NCBI GenBank assembly: GCA_964394185.1
Contig: CAYMWM010000003.1
Coordinates: forward strand, 1,193-65,192
DNA from: an uncultured Smithella sp.
GTDB lineage: Bacteria; Desulfobacterota; Syntrophia; Syntrophales; Smithellaceae
Direction of reading: 5' to 3'
Length of the DNA stretch: 64,000 nucleotides
Position numbers and translations under genes: made by a program. Position 1 is the first letter of the stretch. The number at the start of each line of letters is the position of its first letter. The notes below the pieces were generated by a model. That model was not told the origin of the DNA and made no database searches. It was given only the letters and a program-made list of their open reading frames with translations. This document shows positions 8,951-19,176 of this stretch, piece after piece.

Positions 8951-10198
8951 ATGACTGCAGAAATCCTTAAACATACGAAAAGTCTTTCGCCTCTTACTTT
9001 GAAAACAATTGATGCAAAAATCATTTTCGACGGCGAAAATGTTTGTATGGTTAAAAAGGATGAAGAAGGAAATGAATATAAATCCTTGATTGAAAAAGAT
9101 AAGGAACTATATCTGCTTTTTACAAGATTAACCGGTGACGCTTCTGTAAAAACGAAATTTATCTCCACTTATGCATCATCAAAATGCAACTTGAATTGTC
9201 AAGTATGTTATGAAAAATCGGGTAATAACAAGGAGATTAGCCTTGAAGAGATAAAAGAATTGTCGAAGAAATACAATAACTGCAGAATGGGCGTGACGGG
9301 AATGGAGCCTACCTGCAGAGAAGATATCTTTGACCTCATGGAAATCGTACGACATAATCACAGCCTTGTTACCAACGGGATAAAATTGGCATCTCTCGAA
9401 TATGTTCAAAAATTAAAACGCCATGGTTTAACAAGACTTTGTTTTTCTCTTAATGGCTTTGATGATGAAATTTACCGGAAAATAAATGGTGAAAATCTTC
9501 TTGATACAAAATTGAACGCACTTAAAAATATTGAGCTTGAAAAAATCGATACCCTGCTCTCGGCGACAATAGCAAGGGACATTAATGAAGATCAAATTCT
9601 GCCTTTGGTTGAATTTTGTTTTGAGCACCGTTCTTTTATCATTGGGCTTAGAATAAGAACAATGGTTCAAACTGGAAAATATCTGGATATAGAGCAAATG
9701 TGCATGTCCGAATTAATAGAACTGATTGCGGATTCACTGAATATCAACAAAACGGATATTATCAACGAATTCTGCTTTATTCAGGCATTTATCGAAAAAT
9801 TCAGTAAGATTCTGCCACAGGGGTTTAAGGATCATTACGGTTCCAAACTGTGCAGTTTTATTTTTAATATCCGGGAAAATGGCAACGGGAAATATTATTC
9901 CCCCGGTATTCATATTGACATAAATAGAATAAACAGGAGCATGTTCAAATCGGCTTATTTGTTTTATTATCTGTTTAAGGCATACGGTCCGTCATTATTA
10001 TTGGAAACGGTTCTGCATGTCCTGAATTTGCGCCGGTTTGTTGTGCAGAAAAATATCCTTAATATTTCTCTCAAATGCTGGCCTAATCTTTATAATATTG
10101 ATTTAGAGGAAATGGATAAATGCCCGCATGTATATTACAGAAATGGAGAAATGGAGAAATTCTGTATTTCCAATATTAAGAATTCTATGAAGAAATAA
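8951..10198 (+). CDS. Radical SAM enzyme, COG1964/Tes-like architecture (tentative)
   Basis: SSKCNLNCQVCYE (CxxxCxxC), TGMEPT, TNGIKL and CFSLNGFDDEIY..NG.. segments, preceded by a ~75-aa N-terminal domain. The family assignment comes from remembered motif patterns only. Confidence 0.7.
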   Translation: MTAEILKHTKSLSPLTLKTIDAKIIFDGENVCMVKKDEEGNEYKSLIEKDKELYLLFTRLTGDASVKTKFISTYASSKCNLNCQVCYEKSGNNKEISLEEIKELSKKYNNCRMGVTGMEPTCREDIFDLMEIVRHNHSLVTNGIKLASLEYVQKLKRHGLTRLCFSLNGFDDEIYRKINGENLLDTKLNALKNIELEKIDTLLSATIARDINEDQILPLVEFCFEHRSFIIGLRIRTMVQTGKYLDIEQMCMSELIELIADSLNINKTDIINEFCFIQAFIEKFSKILPQGFKDHYGSKLCSFIFNIRENGNGKYYSPGIHIDINRINRSMFKSAYLFYYLFKAYGPSLLLETVLHVLNLRRFVVQKNILNISLKCWPNLYNIDLEEMDKCPHVYYRNGEMEKFCISNIKNSMKK

Positions 10199-10334
10199 AT
10201 GTGAAAATAGAAAGATATTTAGATATAGATATTGAACATCAATCCTATTTGTTAACTCAGGGATAAGAATATATTTTTTGTAATAATTTCAATTTAAATT
10301 TATTGGCAGGGCTAAAATAAGGATTTTCATTCTA

Positions 10335-11747
10335 ATGTTGAAAATATTGCTGATAAAACCACAATTCTTTCTCTCTGAATCTCAGATGATTATGCAGCCG
10401 GTGGGGCTGATGTATATTGCTGCTGCATTAAAAAATGCCGGACATGAACCGAAGATTTATGACTATTGCAGCGACCATAGAGACCTACGTTTTCTCAAGA
10501 AAATTATCACCGGTTGGAAACCGGACTTTATCGGCATTAGCATCATTGTCACTGAGTTGGAGAACACAAAAAGAATCATGGGGATGATACGTCATCTGCT
10601 TCCGGATGTGCCTGTGACATTCGGCGGGCCATGGCCTTCGGTAAATCCTCGGGAAGCCATTAAGACTTTTGGCGCGGACTTCGTCGTTATAGGTGAAGGG
10701 GAGTATGTATTTCCCGAACTGATAAATGCCATAAATCATGGTCGGCCAACTGAATCCATACCGGGAATGGCATCTGAGGTTAATGGACAGATAAAAATCA
10801 ATTTGAGACAGCCATTAACCGAAGATGAACTGAATACCCTTCCGTTTCCGGCATGGGAACTTCTGGATCACAGTCTTTATGAGAAAAGGCCTTCAGGGGC
10901 CAGTGTCGGCTGCAGGCGGTACATGACAATCGTCACTTCTCGCGGCTGTCCTTTCAAATGTGTATACTGTCATCGGACATTGGGTAAGGTTTTTAGAAAG
11001 AGGACAACCGAGTCGGTCTTGTCTGAAATGGAAGAGCTCCGTTTCATACATGGATTCAGGGAATTTGAAATCGTTGATGATTGTTTCAATCTGGACCATG
11101 AAAGAATGTATGCAATTCTAACCGGCATTCGGGACCGGCTGGGCGATGTTAAACTGCATTTCCCAAATGGCCTGCGGGCAGACATACTTGAACCGGAAGA
11201 CATGAAACTTTTCAAACAGGCGGGGACCGTATCTGCCTGCTTCGCCATAGAAACACCCATCCCGAGGCTGCAAAAGATGATTCAAAAGAATTTGAATATC
11301 GATAAGGCAATGCTTGCTGTCAATGCGGCTGTAAAAGCCGGAATATACTCTTCCGGTTTCTTTATGATTGGATTCCCGACAGAGTCGTATGAGGAGGCTT
11401 CTGCTACCGTTGAATTTGCAGTCCGCTCCTCCCTGCACCGTGCATCATTCTATCTGGTTACACCATTTGCCGGGACCGAACTTGCAGAAATGGCTGCGGA
11501 TATTCTTAAGAACAGGCATGACAACATTAACCCGAGTTCAATGACCTTTTTTTCCAGCACGATTAATGTTTCGGCAATGCCGGACAGAGAATTACAGACA
11601 GTTTTTCGACGTGCTTACAGGCGCTTTTATATGAATCCCAAAAGACTATGGAATCTGCTCATTTATCATCCGCAAGTCTTTTCACTCCCAAGGTATGCGA
11701 TGTCCATGATGATCAGGACTCTGCCATTCAGGCGTTATACCGCCTGA
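10335..11747 (+). CDS. Cobalamin-binding-domain (class B) radical SAM enzyme, paralogue 2 of 3
   Basis: Collinear with 2273-3691 along its whole length, with long identical peptide runs such as WKPDFIGISIIVTELENTK and SYEEASATVEFAV. Motif SRGCPFKCVYCH. Confidence 0.9.
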   Translation: MLKILLIKPQFFLSESQMIMQPVGLMYIAAALKNAGHEPKIYDYCSDHRDLRFLKKIITGWKPDFIGISIIVTELENTKRIMGMIRHLLPDVPVTFGGPWPSVNPREAIKTFGADFVVIGEGEYVFPELINAINHGRPTESIPGMASEVNGQIKINLRQPLTEDELNTLPFPAWELLDHSLYEKRPSGASVGCRRYMTIVTSRGCPFKCVYCHRTLGKVFRKRTTESVLSEMEELRFIHGFREFEIVDDCFNLDHERMYAILTGIRDRLGDVKLHFPNGLRADILEPEDMKLFKQAGTVSACFAIETPIPRLQKMIQKNLNIDKAMLAVNAAVKAGIYSSGFFMIGFPTESYEEASATVEFAVRSSLHRASFYLVTPFAGTELAEMAADILKNRHDNINPSSMTFFSSTINVSAMPDRELQTVFRRAYRRFYMNPKRLWNLLIYHPQVFSLPRYAMSMMIRTLPFRRYTA

Positions 11748-11902
11748 TTAAAAAAATTAATTTTATGTAAGTATGCTATGCATTAATTCAGTTTAATGTT
11801 ATCAAGGCTGTAAATAAAATATTCATGAGACTCGTAACAATTTTTATGAATTTACGCAAAATGAAATAGCATTATTTAATTAAAGGAGGAGCTTTCTTTT
11901 CA

Positions 11903-13315
11903 ATGTCCAGGGTCCTGCTGATAAAACCCAGATTCCTTTTTCCGGTTTTTCTGTCCATAACGCACCCGATGGGACTTATGTATCTCGGAGCCGTACTCAA
12001 GATGGCCGGACATGAAACGAGAATTCACGACTGTGCCCTCGACGATAAAGATCTTCATATACTCAAACAGATAATTCAAGAATGGAAACCTGACTATATA
12101 GGCATCAGTGTTATTATTACCGAGCTGGAGATCACAAAAAGAATCGCGAAAATGATCCGTGAGATAATGCCTGATATTCCCATTATTTTCGGCGGTTCCT
12201 GGCCATCGGCCAATCCTGAAAAGGCAATCAAGACTTTCGGAGCTGATTTTGTTGTTCTGGGAGAAGGAGAACATGTGTTTCCGGGACTGATTAATGCCTT
12301 AAATAATGGCCGTTCCACTGAATCCATTCGGGGAATTGCTTCACTGGTTAACGGTCTTTTAAAAATTAATCAGGGGCGTTACCTGAGCGAGACCGAACTT
12401 GACGCTCTGCCGTTTCCTGCATGGGAACTCCTCGATCACAAACTCTACGCAAGAATGGATTCATTTGCCGTCATCGGCCGCAGGCCTTATATGACGATAT
12501 TCACTTCACGTGGCTGCCCATATAAGTGCGCTTACTGCCACAGGACGATGGGCAAGATCATCAGAAATAGATCGGCGGAGTCTGTTATTTCAGAAATGGA
12601 AGAACTTCGTTTCAAATATGGATTTAAAGAATTTGAGATTGTTGATGATTGTTTCAACTTTGATCGAAAAAGGATGTGCGTAATTCTCACTGGTATCAGA
12701 GACAGACTTGGTGATGCCAGATTGCATTTTCCGAACGGTTTAAGATCCGATATGCTCGAGCCGGAAGACATGACTCTTTTCAAGCAGGCAGGAACTGTTT
12801 CCGCCCATTTTGCCATTGAAACGTCCAGCCCGCGTCTGCAAAAGATGATTCACAAGAATTTGAATGTTGAAAAAGCCGTGAAGGTCATTCATGCGGCTGT
12901 CAAAGCGGGCATTTATTCGACCGGATTCTTCATGATCGGTTTCCCGACGGAAACTTATGAAGAGGCTTCCTCCACAGTGGAATTTGCCATCAATTTGCCT
13001 CTGCATAGAGCTTTCTTCTTTAATCCCGTACCATTTCCCGGAACAAAACTGGCTGAAATGGTTTCAGATGTATCTGAGAAAATAGATTGTGATTTCGATA
13101 TATACGATGCAAACTTTTTTACCAGAATAACCAACATTTCGGCTATGTCGGATGATGATTTACAAAGAATTTTCCGGCGAGCATATAGGCGCTTTTATCT
13201 GAATCCGAAAAGAATAATAAGACTGGTGGGCCATCATCCGAGCATTCTATCGCTTCCGTTTTATGCGTATCTGTTTTTAATCAGGATTTGGTCGAGGAAG
13301 CGAAGATCTCCCTGA
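11903..13315 (+). CDS. Cobalamin-binding-domain (class B) radical SAM enzyme, paralogue 3 of 3
   Basis: Same length class and collinear with 10335-11747. Motif SRGCPYKCAYCH. RBS AAAGGAGGAG lies upstream. Confidence 0.9.
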   Translation: MSRVLLIKPRFLFPVFLSITHPMGLMYLGAVLKMAGHETRIHDCALDDKDLHILKQIIQEWKPDYIGISVIITELEITKRIAKMIREIMPDIPIIFGGSWPSANPEKAIKTFGADFVVLGEGEHVFPGLINALNNGRSTESIRGIASLVNGLLKINQGRYLSETELDALPFPAWELLDHKLYARMDSFAVIGRRPYMTIFTSRGCPYKCAYCHRTMGKIIRNRSAESVISEMEELRFKYGFKEFEIVDDCFNFDRKRMCVILTGIRDRLGDARLHFPNGLRSDMLEPEDMTLFKQAGTVSAHFAIETSSPRLQKMIHKNLNVEKAVKVIHAAVKAGIYSTGFFMIGFPTETYEEASSTVEFAINLPLHRAFFFNPVPFPGTKLAEMVSDVSEKIDCDFDIYDANFFTRITNISAMSDDDLQRIFRRAYRRFYLNPKRIIRLVGHHPSILSLPFYAYLFLIRIWSRKRRSP

Positions 13316-13480
13316 GTTCAAAATAAATACTTTACAAAATCATCTTATTTCATAAAACAATTCAGGCTTTGAAAAAATTAATAAAGGTACGATTTTTTTA
13401 AAAACATTTTACATTTTGTTGCCCGGTATTGAATTAATTGATATACAAAAAGAGCTTCAATAATACAAAAGTGAAAAGCA

Positions 13481-14890
13481 ATGTCTAATCAAATCATTCA
13501 GGAAAAGAAGTCTCTGGGAGCCAAAGGGATTCTTTATTTATCGATACTGATCCCCTTCGCGTTGGTTTTTATATACACATGGGACACTTCAACCGATGTG
13601 GTTGGCAGCGATGACATGTATCTCATTAAAGGCGGATTCATTGAGAGTTACTTAAAAGGCACGTTTACTTTTGAAGAACTTTGGCGTCCCTTGAATGTGT
13701 CGAGAATGCTGGGTTATAATCTGCTACAGATTGCCAATATCGAATTGTCTTCCATGAATTCCAAAATTCTCGTTATGCTGATACCTTTTTTTATGCTGGC
13801 GTCTGCCATCCTAATTTATCAGGAATATCGTAAAAGTCTGATGTCGGAGCGTTCACCAAAATTTATTGCAACAACATTTGCTTTCCTTTCATTCATACTT
13901 TTCAATATTATCCAGTGGGAAGGACTTCTGGGTGATGCTGATTTGGTATATCAGTCATCCATGCCGTTCTTTATTGCCAGTTTCATCAGCATGGAGTTAT
14001 TCATTTTGAGGGGCAATTGGAAATACTTGCCGGCAACAATAATATTAATCCCTTTGGCGTTGCTAGTTTTTAATGGCAAGTTGTACGTATCTTTTATACC
14101 AACATTAGGTTCAATCCTTCTTTGTTATTTGCTGGTTTTTCGTTTCTGTTTGACGAAAGATTTCTGGTTCCGTATGCTCCTGATTAGTATTTTTATCGCT
14201 TTAATTACTTTTTTATACGTATTTGGATTCGACTTTAAATCGAATACCTCATATGATGCGGCTGTAATTTTCAACAGTCCCATGGATGTAGGCGAGTTTC
14301 TTCTTGCCGCTTTTGCATCAAGCGTTGTCGGCGCCGATGTTTTTTTCTCTTCCTCTTATCTTTCATTTAATGCAATTTTAATCATTGGAATTAGCCTTGT
14401 GCTTCTCTATTTTTTAGCTCTGGCACTATTCTTTAAATCGCGCATGTATGAAAAAACATATTTGCCGCTTTTTCTAATCGTGCAAACCTTCTTTTATCTG
14501 GGAATCATGATGCTTGGAAGGTATGAACTGGGGAAAGACGCGGGCATGGCCTCCCGTTACACCTGTGTCAGCATTTTCGGTATTGCGGCGATAGTATGGA
14601 TATTCATATTTGTACTGGTTCAGGCAAAGAAACCAAAAACATTATTGAAGAGCGCAATGATTGCAGGTTTCGTTATAATTTTTACAGGACTTCTTCTGAC
14701 CTCAATAGTCGTTTGGCATATCCAGCCCCAGCGGAAAGCTTTTTTAGCGAAGCGCAATGAGATTGCCATGCGCGTGGATACGGCCCCGCCGGAGGAACTT
14801 TATAAGTTTTTCCTGGAGAGTCCGGAGTTGGTCCGTGATTCGCTGCTTATTTTGAGGAAATACAAGTTGAACGCTTATCGTACAAAATAA
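13481..14890 (+). CDS. Polytopic integral membrane protein (glycan polymerase/GT-C-like candidate)
   Basis: 469-aa ORF that is hydrophobic almost throughout (at least 10 predicted helices), in glycan-biosynthesis context. I recognised no specific motif. Confidence 0.5.
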   Translation: MSNQIIQEKKSLGAKGILYLSILIPFALVFIYTWDTSTDVVGSDDMYLIKGGFIESYLKGTFTFEELWRPLNVSRMLGYNLLQIANIELSSMNSKILVMLIPFFMLASAILIYQEYRKSLMSERSPKFIATTFAFLSFILFNIIQWEGLLGDADLVYQSSMPFFIASFISMELFILRGNWKYLPATIILIPLALLVFNGKLYVSFIPTLGSILLCYLLVFRFCLTKDFWFRMLLISIFIALITFLYVFGFDFKSNTSYDAAVIFNSPMDVGEFLLAAFASSVVGADVFFSSSYLSFNAILIIGISLVLLYFLALALFFKSRMYEKTYLPLFLIVQTFFYLGIMMLGRYELGKDAGMASRYTCVSIFGIAAIVWIFIFVLVQAKKPKTLLKSAMIAGFVIIFTGLLLTSIVVWHIQPQRKAFLAKRNEIAMRVDTAPPEELYKFFLESPELVRDSLLILRKYKLNAYRTK

Positions 14891-14911
14891 AAAAAATAAT
14901 GGTATGACACT

Positions 14912-16234
14912 ATGAAAATAGGAATTATAGGCGGAGGCCTTTGCGGTATTGCATTAGCTTATTTTCTGCAGAAAAACGATAGCGTTAGCAGCATAGACAT
15001 TTTGGAAAAAGAAAACGAGCCGGGAGGTCTGTGCCGTTCATTTAATTTAAACGGATTGTTTTATGATATTGGCCCGCATGTCATTTTTTCCAAAGACAAT
15101 GTTGTGCTGGATTTAATGATCAATCTCCTTGGCGAGAATAAAAACAAAATCAAAAGGTCAAATAAAATATATTACAAAAAAAAATTTATAAAATACCCTT
15201 TTGAGAATAATTTATGCGCGCTTCCGGATGATGAGAAAAAAAATTGTCTCAATGCCTTTCTTAACAATCCTTATAAGAATGAAAAAGCGCCGAATCTGCA
15301 CCAGTTTTTTCTGAAAACTTTTGGAGAGGGCATTACCAATATTTATTTGAAGCCGTACAATGAGAAAATATGGAAATACAATCTTTCATTAATGGATACA
15401 AAAATAGCAGATCGGATTCCCCAAGCGCCTCAGGAAGACATTATTCAAGGTGCCGCCGGAGCATCAACAGAGGGATACTTTCATCAATTGTATTTTTATT
15501 ATCCCCAAAGGGGTGGAATCAACTCGTTAGTAGATGTTTTCGTTGATCAATTTAGTAACAAAGTGCAGGTTATCGTGGATAACAGTATCACCGCATTGCA
15601 AAAGATTGACAAGCAATGGGAAATAAAAACTGACAAGGGATTTAGTGGAGAATATGATTTCGTTATTTCCACGATACCGGTTCAAATATTAGCGAAAATT
15701 TATCAGTCAAATATTCCAAAGCAAATCATGGATTCGGTTAATTGTTTGAAATACAATTCCATTATGATTACAATCATCAATGTCAAAAAGGATAATCTCG
15801 TAAATAATTTTGCGGTCATGGTTCCGGATAAAAACATTATTTTTCACCGGGTGTCGAAGCTCAATTTTTTGGGAACAAACTATGGTACAAAGGATAATTC
15901 AACAAACTTGATGGTAGAGGTAACTCACGCTACAGATAGTCTGATTGATAAAATGAATCAACGTGAAGTGGAAGAAAAAATAGTCGAAGGATTGGAAAAT
16001 ACCGGATTTATCGATAAACGAGCAGATATTAATTTTTTGGATACAAAAAAATTCAAATATGCCTATGTTATTTACGATTTAGAGTATAAGAAAAATATGA
16101 GTTTGATCAGAAATTATTTCGATAAGCAGGGTATTAAGCTTTGCGGTAGATTTGGAGAATTTGAATATTTGAATATGGATGCCGTTATAAGGCATGCCAA
16201 AGATTTGAGTGACGAAATAGGAAAAAATATATAG
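14912..16234 (+). CDS. FAD/NAD(P)-binding oxidoreductase (amine-oxidase / UDP-galactopyranose-mutase-like fold)
   Basis: N-terminal dinucleotide-binding motif MKIGIIGGGLCGIALAYFL..EKE..GGLCRS followed by GPHVIF. Confidence 0.75.
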   Translation: MKIGIIGGGLCGIALAYFLQKNDSVSSIDILEKENEPGGLCRSFNLNGLFYDIGPHVIFSKDNVVLDLMINLLGENKNKIKRSNKIYYKKKFIKYPFENNLCALPDDEKKNCLNAFLNNPYKNEKAPNLHQFFLKTFGEGITNIYLKPYNEKIWKYNLSLMDTKIADRIPQAPQEDIIQGAAGASTEGYFHQLYFYYPQRGGINSLVDVFVDQFSNKVQVIVDNSITALQKIDKQWEIKTDKGFSGEYDFVISTIPVQILAKIYQSNIPKQIMDSVNCLKYNSIMITIINVKKDNLVNNFAVMVPDKNIIFHRVSKLNFLGTNYGTKDNSTNLMVEVTHATDSLIDKMNQREVEEKIVEGLENTGFIDKRADINFLDTKKFKYAYVIYDLEYKKNMSLIRNYFDKQGIKLCGRFGEFEYLNMDAVIRHAKDLSDEIGKNI

Positions 16235-16321
16235 GAAATATACCTTTAACCGGAGAGAGATTTGTTTCCGGACAGTGTTGATGGAATTATAATAAATTGA
16301 AGATAGTTTGAAGAGAATGTA

Positions 16322-17263
16322 ATGATGAAAACATTAATCACAGGCGGTGCCGGTTTTATCGGGAGCCATTTATCGGATCTGCTGGTGTCCCAATATTATA
16401 ATGTGGTGGCGCTGGATAATCTCTCTCTGGGAACAATGAAAAACATCGATCATTTGTCAAATCATAAGGAGTACTTATTCCTCAAAGAGGATTTACTGCA
16501 TCTTGATACATTAAAAGAAATATTTCATAAAAATAACTTTAACGCCGTTTTCCATTTGGCGGCCAATTCGGATATAGCCAACAGTGCAGATAATCCGGGA
16601 ATCGATTTAGATAATACTTTTATGACAACATGGAACGTTCTGGAATGCTGCCGGCTGTTTCATGTTAATCAGTTTATGTTTGCTTCGACATCCGCTGTCT
16701 ACGGAGAAACATCTCGGAAATTAACGGAAGAGTCAGGGCCCCTTTCTCCCGTATCCTATTATGGAGCGGGCAAGCTCGCATCGGAGGCCTTCATTTGCGC
16801 CTATTCTTTTATGAATAATATTCAGACATGGATTGTAAGGTTTCCCAATGTTGTGGGAGAAAGGGCTACTCATGGCGTTATTCATGATTTTATTGCCAAA
16901 CTGAAAACAAATCCCCGACAACTGGAAATATTGGGCGACGGAAACCAAAAAAAGCCTTACCTCTATGTCAGTGATTTGGTAGAAGCCATGCTCTTGATAT
17001 ATCAGGAAGCAAAAGACAGACTGAACTATTATAATGTTGGCGTGGAAGATCAGACATCGGTTACCGAGATTGCCGAAATCGCTTGTGAAGAAATGCACCT
17101 GGAAAATGTGAAATTAAAATATACCGGCGGCAGCGCAGGCTGGATGGGTGATGTCTCCCATTATCAATATGACCTGAATAAAATAAGTTCTCTGGGATGG
17201 AGAGCAAAATATTCATCCACGGAGGCCGTCCGTATGGCCGTTAGGAGAATTCTGAAGCAATGA
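16322..17263 (+). CDS. NAD-dependent nucleotide-sugar epimerase/dehydratase (extended SDR)
   Basis: TGGAGFIGSHL glycine motif, a YGAGK (YxxxK) catalytic motif and ~313 aa length. Confidence 0.85.
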   Translation: MMKTLITGGAGFIGSHLSDLLVSQYYNVVALDNLSLGTMKNIDHLSNHKEYLFLKEDLLHLDTLKEIFHKNNFNAVFHLAANSDIANSADNPGIDLDNTFMTTWNVLECCRLFHVNQFMFASTSAVYGETSRKLTEESGPLSPVSYYGAGKLASEAFICAYSFMNNIQTWIVRFPNVVGERATHGVIHDFIAKLKTNPRQLEILGDGNQKKPYLYVSDLVEAMLLIYQEAKDRLNYYNVGVEDQTSVTEIAEIACEEMHLENVKLKYTGGSAGWMGDVSHYQYDLNKISSLGWRAKYSSTEAVRMAVRRILKQ

Positions 17264-19176
17264 TAGCACTTATCCTCGCAGGCGGGAAAGGAACGAGACT
17301 GAAGGAAATTACACCGGACAACATGCCCAAGCCGCTGATAAGCATCGCGGGTAAACCTGTCCTGCAATATCAAATAGAGTTTCTGGCGAAAAATACAGTC
17401 CATGAGGTTATCATCAGTGTCGGTTACGGCGCAAAAGCAATCAAAAAATATTTCGGAGACGGTGAAAATTTTGGTATAAAGATAAAATATTCAGAAGAAT
17501 CCGAGCCGCTGGGTACCGGCGGCGCTTTTAAATATGCTGAATCACTTTTTAATAGTGCAAAAGATATTCTTGTTTTGTATGGAGATGTCATTTTCGATAT
17601 CGATTGGAACAGGTTTGTAAATTTCCATCATACCCATAGCGGTCTCGGCACATTGCTGGTTCATCCCAACGATCATCCTTTTGATAGTGATTTGCTGGAG
17701 ACCAATCATGTGAATAAAATAATAAGATTTATACCCAAACCGCATCCTGCCGATAGATATTATCAGAATCTGGTCAACGCCGGCATCTATATTCTGAAAC
17801 CGGAAATCGCCCGTTTTATAGCAAGTAAGCGAGAATCGGATTTCGGGCATGATGTTTTTCCGGCGCTGATGGCTGAGGGAAAAGAAATCTATGCCTACCG
17901 GACGTCGGAATATGTAAAGGATGTCGGATCGGTTCAAAGATACCAAGAAGTCCAGCGGGATATTCTAAGTGGAAAGGTCAATTGCAGAAATCTGATAAAC
18001 AGGCAAAAAGCGATATTTCTCGACAGAGATGGAGTTATTAACAAGGAAGTCAGTTATCTCTGCCGCCCCGATCAATTGGAACTGCTTAAAGATTCAGCCC
18101 GTGCCGTAAAAAAAATAAATGACTCGGATTACCTGGCCATCGTTGCAACCAACCAGTCCGCCGTAGCCCGGGGGCTTTGTTCGGAAGAAGATATTGCTGA
18201 AGTTAATAAAAAACTGGATGTGCTTTTAGGTGAGAAAAACGCTTTTTTGGATAGAATTTATTATTGTCCTCACCACCCGGATAAGGGATTTGAAGGGGAA
18301 AACAAACCATATAAAATGGAATGTGAATGCCGGAAACCCCAAACAGGCATGCTTAGGCAGGCCCGAAGCGATTTCAATATTGACGAAAAAGAATCTTTCC
18401 TGATTGGCGACACCACTTCTGATATTATGACGGGTGTGAACGCAGGCATTAAAACGATACTTGTCAGGACAGGCTATGCCGGAAAGGATCGCAAATATGA
18501 TTGCTGCCCCGATTTTATTTTTGAAAATCTTAGAGAAGCGGTAGATTTCATTATAGATGATTACGAAAAGTTAAGTACCCAAATAAATCACATAATATCT
18601 CCCCTCCTTAAAATCTCAAACAAACCATTCGTCATCTTAATAGGTGGGGTATCCCGTTCGGGAAAATCCACGATTGCCGGGATGCTGTCCCTTGTTTTTG
18701 CCAATCATGGGGTAAAGTCAATAACAGTGGGGCTGGACAACTGGCTTGTGGATTTGAAAAATCGCGAGGATTGGATGGGCGTGCGTGAACGGTATGACTA
18801 TTCGAAGATAGAAGAAGATATCAGAACGTTTCTTACCGGGCATGAGATTTATGTGCAAAAATATGACGCCCAAACCAGACAAAAAAGCAAAAGCACTGAC
18901 GTTATTAAATTTGATAATTATGAAGCAGTCATCATAGATGGTGTCGTAGCGCTGGACATTGCTTATCTTCGTGAAATTAGCGGTTTGAAGATATATGTGG
19001 ATATAAATGAAGAATTAAGAAAAAAGAGATTTAATGAGTTTTATCGCTACAAAGGATTAACCGGGAATGAAATTACAAAATTGTATGTGGAAAGACAAAC
19101 CGACGAATATTCCATCATTGTCGAAGGTAAAAAATATGCAGATCATATCTTTACTCTAAAGGGAGATGCCCCATGA
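17260..19176 (+). CDS. Three-domain fusion: sugar-1-phosphate nucleotidyltransferase (HddC-like) + D,D-heptose-1,7-bisphosphate phosphatase (GmhB-like HAD) + P-loop uridine-kinase/PRK-like domain
   Basis: LILAGGKGTRL..KPL (NTP transferase). FLDRDGVIN plus YYCPHHPD..CECRKPQTGM (GmhB DxDGT-type motif and Zn-binding Cys/His). GGVSRSGKST Walker A in the C-terminal ~185 aa. Confidence 0.8.
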   Translation: MIALILAGGKGTRLKEITPDNMPKPLISIAGKPVLQYQIEFLAKNTVHEVIISVGYGAKAIKKYFGDGENFGIKIKYSEESEPLGTGGAFKYAESLFNSAKDILVLYGDVIFDIDWNRFVNFHHTHSGLGTLLVHPNDHPFDSDLLETNHVNKIIRFIPKPHPADRYYQNLVNAGIYILKPEIARFIASKRESDFGHDVFPALMAEGKEIYAYRTSEYVKDVGSVQRYQEVQRDILSGKVNCRNLINRQKAIFLDRDGVINKEVSYLCRPDQLELLKDSARAVKKINDSDYLAIVATNQSAVARGLCSEEDIAEVNKKLDVLLGEKNAFLDRIYYCPHHPDKGFEGENKPYKMECECRKPQTGMLRQARSDFNIDEKESFLIGDTTSDIMTGVNAGIKTILVRTGYAGKDRKYDCCPDFIFENLREAVDFIIDDYEKLSTQINHIISPLLKISNKPFVILIGGVSRSGKSTIAGMLSLVFANHGVKSITVGLDNWLVDLKNREDWMGVRERYDYSKIEEDIRTFLTGHEIYVQKYDAQTRQKSKSTDVIKFDNYEAVIIDGVVALDIAYLREISGLKIYVDINEELRKKRFNEFYRYKGLTGNEITKLYVERQTDEYSIIVEGKKYADHIFTLKGDAP

